This document shows positions 37,865 to 48,208 of a stretch of DNA of 64,000 nucleotides, one piece after another. The number at the start of each line of letters is the position of its first letter. Positions within the stretch are counted from its first letter, which is position 1. Below the pieces are notes generated by a model. The model did not search any database. It worked only from the letters and a program-made list of their open reading frames with translations, and was not told the DNA's origin. The position numbers were made by a program, and so were the translations under genes. Origin of the DNA: Acidobacteriota bacterium (GTDB taxonomy: Bacteria > Acidobacteriota > CAIWXX01); contig JBFMAF010000045.1 of NCBI GenBank assembly GCA_040755995.1, positions 1-64,000 of the forward strand. The letters are read 5' to 3'.

Positions 37865-38697
37865 TGGCTGTAGATATCGAGCTGCAGGGCGTGTCGCTCG
37901 GATACCGCGGCCGCCTCGTCCTCACCGGCGTCGATTTCACCGTGGGCGCAGGCGAACTGGTAGGCCTTATCGGGCCCAACGGATCGGGCAAATCGACGAT
38001 CATCCGCGCCCTTACGCGGATAATCGCGCCGCTCAAAGGCAGAGTACTGATCGCCGGCCGCGACGTCTTGGAGATCCCGCGGCAGGAGCTCGCCCGGCTG
38101 ATCGGAGTGGTCCCTCAAATGCCGTTGCTCCCCAGCGCGTTCACAGGGCTTGAGATCGTGCTGATGGGACGAAATCCGCACCTTGGTCTTTTCGAACATG
38201 AAGGGTGCGGCGACGTCGAGATCGTCTGGAAAGCCATGGATTTGACGGGCACGCATGAGCTTGCCAGGAGGAGCGTGGGTGAGCTGTCGGGCGGGCAGAT
38301 ACAGTCGCTTCTGATCGCACGCGCGTTGGCGCAGGAGACCCACGTAATATTGCTGGACGAGCCCACGGCAAACCTCGACATCGGGCGCCAGATCGAGATT
38401 CTGAACCTGATCAAGAGACTGTGTCGCGAAAAGAACCTGGCGGTGCTCGCTGCAGTTCACGACCTCAATCTGGCGTCGCAATATTGCGATAGGCTGGTTC
38501 TCATCGGTGACGGTGTGGTGTGTCGGGAGGGCACGCCGTCGGAGGTCCTCACGGCTGAAAACATCGGCACGGTCTATGGCGCGCACAACTGTGTTTACAC
38601 ACACCCAAGAAACGGGCTCCCCGTGGTGCTCGCAACAGGCAACGGCCACACTGCAGCGGACACTGCATACAGACCCGGCGAACGGATGGATTCATGA
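37864..38697 (+). CDS. btuD: ABC transporter ATP-binding protein
   Basis: GPNGSGKST, LSGGQ, ILLDEPT, VHDLN. Confidence 0.88.
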   Translation: MAVDIELQGVSLGYRGRLVLTGVDFTVGAGELVGLIGPNGSGKSTIIRALTRIIAPLKGRVLIAGRDVLEIPRQELARLIGVVPQMPLLPSAFTGLEIVLMGRNPHLGLFEHEGCGDVEIVWKAMDLTGTHELARRSVGELSGGQIQSLLIARALAQETHVILLDEPTANLDIGRQIEILNLIKRLCREKNLAVLAAVHDLNLASQYCDRLVLIGDGVVCREGTPSEVLTAENIGTVYGAHNCVYTHPRNGLPVVLATGNGHTAADTAYRPGERMDS

Positions 38698-38824
38698 CGG
38701 CCGGAATTGAGAGCAGTCATCTGCTACGACATGTCCAAGTGGCAGAGCAGCTGACGCCGAAGAAGACATCGAGCGCATCTATTGCGCGCATACAAGGAGG
38801 TGCATGGGAGGGAATCAGGGATTC

Positions 38825-39026
38825 TGTTGTCAGAGGTGGTGTTCCGGAACATCGGAAGGAAGTAGAAGCTTCCGCCGCCCCGCGACTGTGATCGGGACGA
38901 AAGCCGCAATATGGCCACTGTCCGGAAGGATGGGAAGGCGCGGCGAGTAGGATGAACGAGAGCCAGGAGACCTGTTGCCGGTGCACACGACAGATCATTC
39001 ATTGCGGTCTTCGAGGGAAGAAAACC
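38825..39026 (+). ncRNA. Cobalamin riboswitch 2 (probably translational)
   Basis: ccgccccgcgactgtga, gccactg, gggaaggc, agccaggagacctg, then tctt-cgaggg-aaga hairpin over the btuB RBS. Confidence 0.9.
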
Positions 39027-41051
39027 ATGAATCATTCAGGAACATTTGCGCGGACTCTTACTATTGCTCTCCTTTTCTCGGGCCCCATCTTATTCAGATC
39101 GTCGGCCGCGGCTGACGAGTCGATACGCGCCGGTCAGACTCAGCCATCCACATCATTGGGGCAGACTGAACCGGCAGCGACAAACGACGGACAGGGCAAG
39201 GGCGGAGTCGTTATCCCGAACCCCGTCGAGGTGGTGGTGACGGCGACACGCACCGAGCTGCCTACCCGAGAAGTAGCCAGCTCCACAACTGTCATAAGCA
39301 GTGCTGAGATCGATCAGAAGCAGGCGAACAGCGTCGTGGAGGCGCTGCGCAACGTCCCGGCGCTCGATGTCGTCCAATCCGGTGGGCCAGGGCACCACGC
39401 ATCCGTCTTTATCCGCGGTGCCCAGCCGGAACACACTCTGATGCTGATCGACGGCATCGAGATGAACGACCCGAGCTCGGCGGGGCGCACCTATGACTTT
39501 GAACAATTGACGACGGACGACGTCGATCAGATAGAGATTATCCGAGGGCCGCAGAGCACGCTGTACGGCTCGGATGCTATCGGCGGCGTCATCAACATAA
39601 TAACCAGGAAAGGCGACGGCCCGATGAGCAGCTCGGTTTCGGCCGAGGCCGGGTCGTTCGACACGTTTCGAGAGAAGCTGCGAGTGAGCGGCAGCAGCGG
39701 CGCATTCAACTACTCGCTCGGCGTGTCCCGGACCGATTCTCAGGGCATATCTGCGGCCGACGAGTCGCTCGGCAATCCGGAAAAGGACGGACTCGGCAAT
39801 ACGAGCGTGTCTACGCGCCTCGGACTGTCGGCCGCCGCCAATCTTGATCTGGATGTTTTCGCGGGTTTGACAGATGCTACTACAGATGTAGACACCTACG
39901 GGGGGAGCGGCGGAGACGATCCCAACAGCTTTGTCTATTACAGGCAGTGGTATCTGCGCACACAGGGGACACTCAGATTGGCGGGCGGCACATGGGAGCA
40001 GAAGTTCGGCGTCTCTGTGTCCGAGCACTTCCGGCACTACTACGACGACGTAGATGCGCAGCACCCCTATGACCGCAACGACACCACCTTCAGCGGACGG
40101 ATAATCAAGGCCGACTGGCAGTCCAACCTCTATTCTCGCGACATCAATACAATGACGATCGGCGTCGAGTCAGAGGATGAAAGAGGCCGGTCGCATTATT
40201 ACTCGGAAAGCATCTGGGGCCCTTACAGTAGCACCTTCGACGCGGTCTCGGCCCGCACATCCGGCGTCTTCGTGCAGGACCAGGTGAAAGTCTGCGGCGC
40301 ATGGCTGACCACTCTGGGTGCGAGGCTGGATGACCACAGTGAGTTCGGATCGAAGCTCACGTATCGGATCGCATCGGCATACCTGATCCCCGCCTGGGAC
40401 AGCAAGATCAAGGGCACGTTTGGGACCGGCTTCAAGGCGCCATCGCTCTATCAGCTCTACTCGCAGTATGGCGACACGTCATTGAAGCCGGAGTCCAGCA
40501 TGGGCTGGGACATCGGATTCGAACAGTACCTGCTTCATGAGACGCTGGCGGCGGGTGCCACCTATTTCCGGAACAGGTTTACGAACCTGATCGAATACGA
40601 CAGTGCCACGTCGAAGTACGGGAATGTTCTTCAGGCGGATGCAAGCGGCGTTGAGATCTTTGCGTCGGTCGATCCGGGTGAAAAGCTGAGCTTCAGGGCC
40701 AGCTACACGCTGACAGATACAAGAGACGGGTCGACGGGCAGGCCGCTTATCCGCCGCCCGCGCCATAAATTCGGGTTTGATGTGAACAGCCGCCTGAATC
40801 AGCGCGCGAGCATCCATGTCAGCCTCATCCATGTCGGGGAGCGGGAGGACAACGACAGCTCCACCTGGCCGTCGATTCCGGTGACCATGGATGCGTACAC
40901 GATAGTGAATGTCGCGGCCAAGTACAGGATTGGTAGAAACATCCGGCTATTCGGACGGATCGACAACCTGTTCAATAGCGAATACGAGGAAGTCTACGGC
41001 TATGGGTCGCCCGGCATATCAGCTTCTTGCGGTGTCGGCCTGGCCTTCTGA
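39027..41051 (+). CDS. btuB: TonB-dependent cobalamin receptor
   Basis: Signal peptide, EVVVTATR, plug IRG..HTLMLIDG, IEIIRGPQSTLYGSDAIGGVINIIT, NLFN, C-terminal F; riboswitch upstream. Confidence 0.9.
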   Translation: MNHSGTFARTLTIALLFSGPILFRSSAAADESIRAGQTQPSTSLGQTEPAATNDGQGKGGVVIPNPVEVVVTATRTELPTREVASSTTVISSAEIDQKQANSVVEALRNVPALDVVQSGGPGHHASVFIRGAQPEHTLMLIDGIEMNDPSSAGRTYDFEQLTTDDVDQIEIIRGPQSTLYGSDAIGGVINIITRKGDGPMSSSVSAEAGSFDTFREKLRVSGSSGAFNYSLGVSRTDSQGISAADESLGNPEKDGLGNTSVSTRLGLSAAANLDLDVFAGLTDATTDVDTYGGSGGDDPNSFVYYRQWYLRTQGTLRLAGGTWEQKFGVSVSEHFRHYYDDVDAQHPYDRNDTTFSGRIIKADWQSNLYSRDINTMTIGVESEDERGRSHYYSESIWGPYSSTFDAVSARTSGVFVQDQVKVCGAWLTTLGARLDDHSEFGSKLTYRIASAYLIPAWDSKIKGTFGTGFKAPSLYQLYSQYGDTSLKPESSMGWDIGFEQYLLHETLAAGATYFRNRFTNLIEYDSATSKYGNVLQADASGVEIFASVDPGEKLSFRASYTLTDTRDGSTGRPLIRRPRHKFGFDVNSRLNQRASIHVSLIHVGEREDNDSSTWPSIPVTMDAYTIVNVAAKYRIGRNIRLFGRIDNLFNSEYEEVYGYGSPGISASCGVGLAF

Positions 41052-41081
41052 TCAAGATCGATCCGCGCGGGCAAGCACAGA

Positions 41082-41894
41082 ATGCAATACGTTCTCAGCG
41101 GTGGAACCGGCAGGGGCCTGAAAGGGCGGTTTCCATTCAGACTCGGCACGACGTCCTACATTCTCCCAGCCGATATCGTGCCGAACGTGGAGTACCTGGC
41201 GCCCATGGTCGACGACGTCGAGGTCCTGATATTCGAATCTGATGAGATCTCGAGCCTGCCGGACACTGCGGCTATCGAACGGCTGGTCGAACTGGCGCTT
41301 CGGCACCACCTGACCTACACGGTGCACCTGCCGCTGGATATTGATTTGGGAGCCTGTACCGATCGCCGCCAGGCGGTTGGGAAATGTCTGCGCGTGATCG
41401 ATCGTGTGGCGCGCATCCGTCCATTCGCGTATGTGCTACATCTCGAGCCCCCGGACCGGCGCGCGCATGCGCCTGACGAGACGGCCGAATGGGTCCAAGC
41501 AGCGGACGAGTCGGTCGGCGAGATAGTCGAATCGATCGGTGATCCGGGATTGCTCTGCGCTGAGACCGTTGCGGTGCCGTTCGAACGGATCGAAGAAATC
41601 ATAGTCAAGCACGGGCTCTCGATATGTCTGGACATAGGACATATGGCGCTGCACGGATACGCTCTGGATGCATGCCTGAGACGCTGCTTCGCGAAGTGCC
41701 GTGTGATCCATCTCCATGGGCTGAATGATGGGCAGGATCACAGGCACATCAAGCTGCTGGACCGGGCCTGGCGCGAGCTTCTCATGGACTATCTGTATGC
41801 GGACGCCGGCAGGGAGCGAGTCCTGACGATCGAGGTCTTTGCGCAGGAAGATCTCGACATATCCCTGGATGAAATGAGGACCCACATCAGATGA
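41082..41894 (+). CDS. cbiR: Cobamide-remodelling phosphodiesterase (AP endonuclease 2 fold)
   Basis: FRLGTTSYI, YTVHLPLD, CLDIGH, IHLHG..DH, LTIEVF; coupled to cobU in a B12 operon. Confidence 0.8.
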   Translation: MQYVLSGGTGRGLKGRFPFRLGTTSYILPADIVPNVEYLAPMVDDVEVLIFESDEISSLPDTAAIERLVELALRHHLTYTVHLPLDIDLGACTDRRQAVGKCLRVIDRVARIRPFAYVLHLEPPDRRAHAPDETAEWVQAADESVGEIVESIGDPGLLCAETVAVPFERIEEIIVKHGLSICLDIGHMALHGYALDACLRRCFAKCRVIHLHGLNDGQDHRHIKLLDRAWRELLMDYLYADAGRERVLTIEVFAQEDLDISLDEMRTHIR

Positions 41895-42421
41895 AGAAGG
41901 TCACGTTGATCACAGGTGGATCGCGCAGCGGCAAGAGCCGGTATGCTCAGACGATTGCAATGCGATACGGCGGCACAAGGATCTTTGTCGCCACTGCAGA
42001 GCCGGTGGACGAGGAGATGCGCGCGCGGATCAGGAAGCACCAGGCCGAGCGGGCCGAATTGTTCACCACTATCGAGGAGCCTTACGACATTGGTAGTGCA
42101 ATCGCGTCCTTGCCTCCTGGAACAGATGTGGCTATTGTCGACTGCCTGACAGTCTGGCTCGGCAACTTGATGTATCGAAACGAGCGATGCGATGTGACCG
42201 CACCGCCGATCCAACGGCTGCTCGGTATCCTCGATGATCCGCCCTGTGATGTCATCTTGGTGACGAACGAAGTCGGAATGGGTATCGTGCCTGATAGCGA
42301 GATGGCCCGTCGATACCGGGATTTGGCCGGACATCTGAATCAGGCGGTCGCGCAAAAGGCGGATCGAGTCGCCTTCATGGTCAGCGGTATACCCGTCATG
42401 ATCAAAGGAGAAAAGGATTGA
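41891..42421 (+). CDS. cobU: Adenosylcobinamide kinase/guanylyltransferase
   Basis: [41 protein letters not shown]. Confidence 0.95.
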   Translation: MKKVTLITGGSRSGKSRYAQTIAMRYGGTRIFVATAEPVDEEMRARIRKHQAERAELFTTIEEPYDIGSAIASLPPGTDVAIVDCLTVWLGNLMYRNERCDVTAPPIQRLLGILDDPPCDVILVTNEVGMGIVPDSEMARRYRDLAGHLNQAVAQKADRVAFMVSGIPVMIKGEKD

Positions 42422-43476
42422 ATCTCGTTGAGACTACGATCAACGCTATAGCCCCAGTGGATCGATCTCTGTGCGCGCCGATTCAGGCACACCTCGACAA
42501 CCTCACCAAACCACGAGGGAGCCTGGGGCAACTGGAATCGATCGCAATGCAGTTTTGCGTCGCCGCCGGCACGCAGCGCCCGCGCATCGGGAGGAAGGTC
42601 ATCTATTCATTCGCCGCAGATCATGGGGTGACTGATGAAGGGGTATCAGCCTTTCCGAAGGCTGTGACGCGACAGATGGTTGCGAACATGCTGAACGGCG
42701 GCGCCGCCGTCAACGTGCTCGCGCGTCACGTGAACGCCGAAGTGCGCGTGGTCGATGTGGGCGTCGACGACCCCCTGCTCGATCTGAACGGCTTGATTCG
42801 GAGAAAGGTGCGCTCGGGGACTCGGAATATGGCCAGGGGCCCGGCGATGACCGAGCAGGAGGCGAGGAGTGCAGTGGAGGTCGGCATCGAGCTCGCGATT
42901 GGAGCTATCGCCGAGGGCGCCGGACTGCTGGGGACCGGCGAGATGGGCATAGGGAACACAACGCCTTCATCGGCGATTCTCGCCACGCTCCTGCCATGCG
43001 ATGTTCCCGAGGTCACCGGGCGGGGCACCGGCATCGATGATGTGACACTGAAACGAAAAATCGAGGTGATCCGGAGAGCAATCGATGTCAACCGCGGCCT
43101 GCTTGACACCCCGTTCGGCGCTCTCGCGGCCGTCGGCGGGCTGGAAATCGCGGGCATCTGCGGATTGATCCTGGGCGCCGCATCGCGGAGGATCCCTGTG
43201 GTGGTCGATGGCTTCATTTCATCGGCGGGAGCGATGGTGGCCACGAAGATGTGTCCGCATGTCACTGGCTACCTTTTCTACAGCCATAGATCGAACGAAG
43301 CGGGGCACTCGGTTTTTCTCGACAGGTGTGGCATTCGCCCCATTCTGGCGCTGGATATGCGGCTCGGCGAGGGCACCGGCGCGGCACTGGCGATGTCTGT
43401 AATCGAAGCAGCCATAAAGATCTACAATGAAATGGCGACGTTCGATTCAGCCGCAGTGTCGAGGAAAGAGGAATAG
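42418..43476 (+). CDS. cobT: Nicotinate-nucleotide--dimethylbenzimidazole phosphoribosyltransferase
   Basis: [43 protein letters not shown]. Confidence 0.95.
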   Translation: MNLVETTINAIAPVDRSLCAPIQAHLDNLTKPRGSLGQLESIAMQFCVAAGTQRPRIGRKVIYSFAADHGVTDEGVSAFPKAVTRQMVANMLNGGAAVNVLARHVNAEVRVVDVGVDDPLLDLNGLIRRKVRSGTRNMARGPAMTEQEARSAVEVGIELAIGAIAEGAGLLGTGEMGIGNTTPSSAILATLLPCDVPEVTGRGTGIDDVTLKRKIEVIRRAIDVNRGLLDTPFGALAAVGGLEIAGICGLILGAASRRIPVVVDGFISSAGAMVATKMCPHVTGYLFYSHRSNEAGHSVFLDRCGIRPILALDMRLGEGTGAALAMSVIEAAIKIYNEMATFDSAAVSRKEE

Positions 43477-43479
43477 ACG

Positions 43480-44259
43480 GTGCTGCGAGGGCTGGTGACC
43501 GCTCTCCGTACTCTGACTGCGGTGCGGATTCCCGGACGCGACGCCGAGAGCCTGGCGGATTCGCTGCCGTGGTTCCCGGTGGTCGGCGGGCTGATAGGCG
43601 TCACTCTCGTGCTCGCCGCGCGCCTGTCGCTCTCTGCTTCACAGAGCTGGACGGATGGAGCCTCGGTCGTCACGCTCGCTGTCGGCGTCCTCCTGACCCG
43701 CGCCCTGCACCTGGACGGACTCGCGGACTGGGCCGATGGATTCGGTGGAAGCAGGAACCGCGAGCGTGTGCTGGAGATCATGAAAGACCCGCGAACAGGT
43801 ACCTTCGGAGTGATTTCACTGATCGTGATTCTGCTAGCCAAATTGATCGGCTATTCACGAATCATATCAGCCGGCTCTTTTCATTGGATGATCTCGGCGT
43901 GCATCGTTTCGAGGGCGATCCAGGTGGAGCTTGCTGCGAGCCTTCCGTACGCACGAACCGGTGGGGGCACGGCGCAATCGTTCGTCTCGGGCGCGCGCGA
44001 ATGGCATCGCATTTCTTCAGCGGCGGCCGCGCTGCTGCTGGCAGCTGTGTGCAGCGGTGTGGCCGGCACGCTGCTCGTGGCCTGCGGCTGGATCGCGGCG
44101 CGTGTACTGGCGACCTGGTTCCGGCGCCGCGTCGGCGGGATCACCGGCGATCTGCTGGGCGCTTCCAGCGAGCTCGTGGAGACTGGGATCCTGCTTGTCT
44201 GTGCCGCAACCGATCTTTGGCTGAGCCGTCTCACGATATGGAGCGCACCATGGCACTGA
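43480..44259 (+). CDS. cobS: Adenosylcobinamide-GDP ribazoletransferase (cobalamin synthase)
   Basis: FPVVG, ALHLDGLADWADG, IMKDPRTGTFG, GGITGDLLGA. Confidence 0.94.
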   Translation: MLRGLVTALRTLTAVRIPGRDAESLADSLPWFPVVGGLIGVTLVLAARLSLSASQSWTDGASVVTLAVGVLLTRALHLDGLADWADGFGGSRNRERVLEIMKDPRTGTFGVISLIVILLAKLIGYSRIISAGSFHWMISACIVSRAIQVELAASLPYARTGGGTAQSFVSGAREWHRISSAAAALLLAAVCSGVAGTLLVACGWIAARVLATWFRRRVGGITGDLLGASSELVETGILLVCAATDLWLSRLTIWSAPWH

Positions 44260-45785
44260 CAGGCGCTCGATGCCTTGCGATCCTCGGCACCGGGTCCGAT
44301 GCCGGCAAGAGCGTCGTTGTCACGGCGCTCTGCCGGATCTTCAGCGACATGGGATTGCGAGTCGCTCCGTTCAAAGCCCAGAACATGTCGAACAACTCGT
44401 ATGTCACACCCGATCGCGGCGAGATAGGCCGCGCTCAGGTAGTGCAGGCCGAAGCGGCCCGCGCACCGCTCCACGTCGACATGAATCCAGTGCTACTGAA
44501 GCCGAGCAGCGATACGGGAGCGCAGATCGTGCTGCACGGCAGGCCGTTGGCAAATCGGGAAGCCGGCGAGTATTTCAAGGACACGGCCTTTCTGTTCGAA
44601 AAGGCCCTGGGCAGCTTGAACCGGCTTCGTGCATCCTACGATTTCGTCGTGCTGGAGGGAGCCGGATCCTGTGCGGAAGTGAATCTCCTGAGCATGGACA
44701 TCGTCAACATGCGAATGGCGGCGGCCGCTGATGCGCCCGTCATCCTCGTGGCCGACATCGACCGAGGCGGCGTATTCGCACAGATCATCGGCACTCTCGA
44801 CGTGCTTCCGCCCGCGGACAGCGCGCGGATCCGCGGCTTCATCATCAACAGGTTCCGCGGCGATGCGGCCCTTTTCGAGGAAGGAATCAGATACATAGAA
44901 GAACGCACGCAGAGGCCGGTCCTGGGACTCATACCGTATTTCCATCACATCGAGATCGACTGCGAAGACGGGATGTCCATCGACACGCTCATCGATCCGC
45001 CTGGCGGTCCCGATGCGCGCCGGATAAACATCGCCGTCCTGCGGCTCCCCCACATCTCCAATTTCACGGACTTCTCCCCGCTGCAGCGCGAGCCCTCCGT
45101 TGCGTTGCACTATCTGATGCGGCTGCGGCCGCTCGTTGACTACGATGTCGTCTTCCTTCCGGGCACAAAGAATGTGCGGGCCGACCTGGAGTGGATGAGG
45201 CGCGAACATTGGGACAGTGCGATCCTGGATTATTCGAAGATGGGCGGGAGAGTGGTCGGAATCTGCGGAGGATACCAGATGTCGGGGAGGCTCATCCTGG
45301 ATCCGAATGGCATCGAGGGTAACCCTGGCGATACTCAAGGGCTCGGATTGCTCGACATCCGCACGACTATCATGCCGGAAAAGAAGCTGGAAACGTGCTC
45401 GGGCGTATGGATCGCCGATGATACGCCCGTGGAAGGCTACGAGATCCACATGGGGATCACTGATCGCCTGACGAACATCCCGCATATCATCCGGCTGCAG
45501 ACCCGAAGTTCCGTGGCATCGTCCGGCCTCGACGGCTCGCGATCCAGCGACGGAAGGATATGGGGCACATATCTGCACGGGCTTTTTGATGGGCCGGAAT
45601 TCCGCAGCGTATTCCTGAAGTCCATTGATCGGAGGGGTGTGTTTCAGCCAAGCGGCTCGATCGCGCTGCACGAATCGCTCTACAAGCAGCAGCAATACGA
45701 CCTGCTGGCGCAGCACTTCAAATCGCATCTGGACATCGCGGCACTGATGAAGATCGCAAGGATCGGCATCACACCGGCCGTCTGA
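44250..45785 (+). CDS. cobQ: Cobyric acid synthase
   Basis: GTGSDAGKS, PFKAQNMSNNS, MNPVLLKP, EGAGS, ADIDRGG, ISNFTD, GICGGYQM, GYEIHMG, GTYLHG. Confidence 0.95.
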   Translation: MALTGARCLAILGTGSDAGKSVVVTALCRIFSDMGLRVAPFKAQNMSNNSYVTPDRGEIGRAQVVQAEAARAPLHVDMNPVLLKPSSDTGAQIVLHGRPLANREAGEYFKDTAFLFEKALGSLNRLRASYDFVVLEGAGSCAEVNLLSMDIVNMRMAAAADAPVILVADIDRGGVFAQIIGTLDVLPPADSARIRGFIINRFRGDAALFEEGIRYIEERTQRPVLGLIPYFHHIEIDCEDGMSIDTLIDPPGGPDARRINIAVLRLPHISNFTDFSPLQREPSVALHYLMRLRPLVDYDVVFLPGTKNVRADLEWMRREHWDSAILDYSKMGGRVVGICGGYQMSGRLILDPNGIEGNPGDTQGLGLLDIRTTIMPEKKLETCSGVWIADDTPVEGYEIHMGITDRLTNIPHIIRLQTRSSVASSGLDGSRSSDGRIWGTYLHGLFDGPEFRSVFLKSIDRRGVFQPSGSIALHESLYKQQQYDLLAQHFKSHLDIAALMKIARIGITPAV

Positions 45786-45854
45786 AAGGAGCCGCAGGCG
45801 CGGATTGGGCTACAGCGCTTTACTCGCTGACCTGCTGCTGTTAGTATTCGCTGG

Positions 45855-48200
45855 ATGCTTCGGATCCGCGTGGCGAAATTCAATGCGCGGAAGCTGATTC
45901 CGAGCCGGCGGGTGCTGAAGTACGTGCTGATCGTACTGGCATTCGCAGTGGTCGTCTCGGTCGGATCGCTCGGCGGCTTCTTCCTCGCGTACCAGAGGGG
46001 TCTGCCGCGCGTTCAGGCGATCGAGGACTACCGTCCGTCGCTGATCACGGAGATCATTACCGAGGACGGTGTGGTGACCGGGCAGTTCGCCCTGGAGCGA
46101 CGCATCCTGATCCGGTACGAAGACATGCCGCCGGTTCTGAGGAATGCGTTGTTGGCGGCCGAGGACCCCCGATACTTCACGCATTGGGGGATCGATCCGA
46201 TCGGGATCACGCGCGCATTCATCAAGAATCTCATCGCGGGGCGTGTGGTCGAAGGCGCGTCGACCATAACGCAGCAGCTCGCCCAGATGCTCTTCGTCGG
46301 CAGGCAGCCGACGTATCGCCGGAAGATCGAAGAAGCGATGCTGTCGCTGCAGATCGAGAAGAACTACACCAAGGAGCAGATCTTCACGCTCTACGCGAAC
46401 CAGATCTACCTCGGGCACGGCGTCTATGGTGTAGAGGCCGCATCGGAGTTCTACTTCAACAAGCATGCGAAAGAGGTGACGCTGCCGGAATCGGCGATGA
46501 TCGCAGGGCTGGTGGCTTCTCCGGGCAGGTTCTCTCCGATCACCAACCCGGGCGAGGCCCTGCAGAGGCGAAACCACATTCTGTCACGGATGCGGGACGA
46601 GAAGATGATCTCGGCCGAGGAATGCACGGCGGCGCAGGCAACGCCCATCTCGATCTCAAAACCGCCCCGCGAGACCTCGGCCTCGGCCTACTTCAACGAG
46701 GAGATAAGGAAGTTTCTGGAGGAGAGGTTCGGGAGCCAGCGGCTGTATCACGAGGGGCTGATCGTCCAGTCGACGCTGAACGAGGAAATGCAGAAAGCCG
46801 CCGTGGTTGCGTTGCGGAAGGGCTTGCGTGATCTGGATAAGCGGCAGGGGTTCAGGAAGATCACCGAGAACTGGCTGAAGCAGGGAGGCCAGTTGGAGAC
46901 CTTTCACGATGCGGACTGGGACCAGCCGTTCCGAGAGGGAGACATCGTCCGAGGGCTCGTGACTGACGTCTCCGACAAGGCCGCGCACATCAAGCTCGGG
47001 ACTTACACCGCAACTCTCGATCCGTCGGGCATCAAGTGGACGTACCGGACGGCGATCCGCCAGGTGCTCACCGCCGGCGATGTCGCCCCCTTCCTCATCC
47101 ATCAGAAAGACGAGAGCACTCTCACCTGCAAGGTATCATTGGAACAGGTGCCGCGAGTCGAAGGCGCGCTGGTGGCGCTGGAACCTGCCACGGGCGAGGT
47201 CAGGGCGATGGTGGGCGGCTATGACTATAACCAGAGCAAGTTCAACCGCGCCACGCAGGCGTTGCGGCAGGTGGGGTCCGCCTTCAAGCCGTTCATCTAC
47301 TGTGCGGCGATCGACTCCGGGCTGCCGCCGCCGATGCTTCTTCTGGATGCCCCCGTCACGTTTTTCGACAAGTGGACCGGCACACCATGGACGCCGCACA
47401 ACTACGACCAGAAGTACAAGGGCATGGTCACGATGCGGCGCGCGCTCGAGCAGAGTCGCAACGTACCGACTGCCCGGCTGCTGGACAAGATAGGCGTTGA
47501 CAAGGCGGTGGAGCTCGCCAAGCGCTTCGGCATCACCTCAAAGCTCCATCCCTTTCTCTCCCTCTCGCTCGGTACCTCCGAGGTCACTCTGCTCGAGATG
47601 ACATCGGCATTCTCGGCCTTTCCCAACCAGGGGGTGCGGGTGGAGCCGCGGTACATCCGGATGATCAAGGACCGGCAGGGATCGATACTGTATGAGACGC
47701 ATCTGGAGGCGCATGAGGTGGTCCGCGCCGAGACGGCCTTCGTGACGCTGAACCTCATGCGGGGTGTCGTGGACCGCGGTACAGCGACGCGGGCCAAGGT
47801 TCTGAAGCGACCGCTGGGCGGCAAGACCGGCACCACCGATGATTACTCCGACGCCTGGTTCATCGGCTACACGCCGTCTCTGTGCGTGGGCGTATGGGTC
47901 GGATTCGACACCAAGAAGACGCTCGGCAAGAACGAGGTGGGCGCTCGCGCCGCCCTCCCGATCTGGGTGGACTTCATGGGGCATGTGATGAAGGACAAGC
48001 CGATCGAGCAGTTTGCAGTCCCGCCGGGAGTCGCCTTCGCAAAGGTCGATCGGCTGAGCGGCTTCCTGGCCACACCCATGTGCACCGATACGATACTCGA
48101 GTGCTTCATCAAGGGCACCGAGCCGAATCGCTTCTGCGCCGACGAGGACCACAGGCTCACCGTGACCGCGCCTGACACCGAGGACGAGGAGACTGAGTAG
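45855..48200 (+). CDS. mrcA: Class A penicillin-binding protein 1A
   Basis: TM, transglycosylase ED.R...H.G, GASTITQQ, RKIEE; transpeptidase SAFK, SRN, KTG. Confidence 0.93.
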   Translation: MLRIRVAKFNARKLIPSRRVLKYVLIVLAFAVVVSVGSLGGFFLAYQRGLPRVQAIEDYRPSLITEIITEDGVVTGQFALERRILIRYEDMPPVLRNALLAAEDPRYFTHWGIDPIGITRAFIKNLIAGRVVEGASTITQQLAQMLFVGRQPTYRRKIEEAMLSLQIEKNYTKEQIFTLYANQIYLGHGVYGVEAASEFYFNKHAKEVTLPESAMIAGLVASPGRFSPITNPGEALQRRNHILSRMRDEKMISAEECTAAQATPISISKPPRETSASAYFNEEIRKFLEERFGSQRLYHEGLIVQSTLNEEMQKAAVVALRKGLRDLDKRQGFRKITENWLKQGGQLETFHDADWDQPFREGDIVRGLVTDVSDKAAHIKLGTYTATLDPSGIKWTYRTAIRQVLTAGDVAPFLIHQKDESTLTCKVSLEQVPRVEGALVALEPATGEVRAMVGGYDYNQSKFNRATQALRQVGSAFKPFIYCAAIDSGLPPPMLLLDAPVTFFDKWTGTPWTPHNYDQKYKGMVTMRRALEQSRNVPTARLLDKIGVDKAVELAKRFGITSKLHPFLSLSLGTSEVTLLEMTSAFSAFPNQGVRVEPRYIRMIKDRQGSILYETHLEAHEVVRAETAFVTLNLMRGVVDRGTATRAKVLKRPLGGKTGTTDDYSDAWFIGYTPSLCVGVWVGFDTKKTLGKNEVGARAALPIWVDFMGHVMKDKPIEQFAVPPGVAFAKVDRLSGFLATPMCTDTILECFIKGTEPNRFCADEDHRLTVTAPDTEDEETE

Positions 48201-48208
48201 TCGGAGAG

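Noticed and set aside
31459..41051. Kinase-TonB fusion as the dedicated energiser of the neighbouring BtuB
   Set aside because: Separate transcription units (riboswitch leader between them), no exbBD, and the TM lacks an evident TonB SHLS-type His; adjacency alone is not evidence
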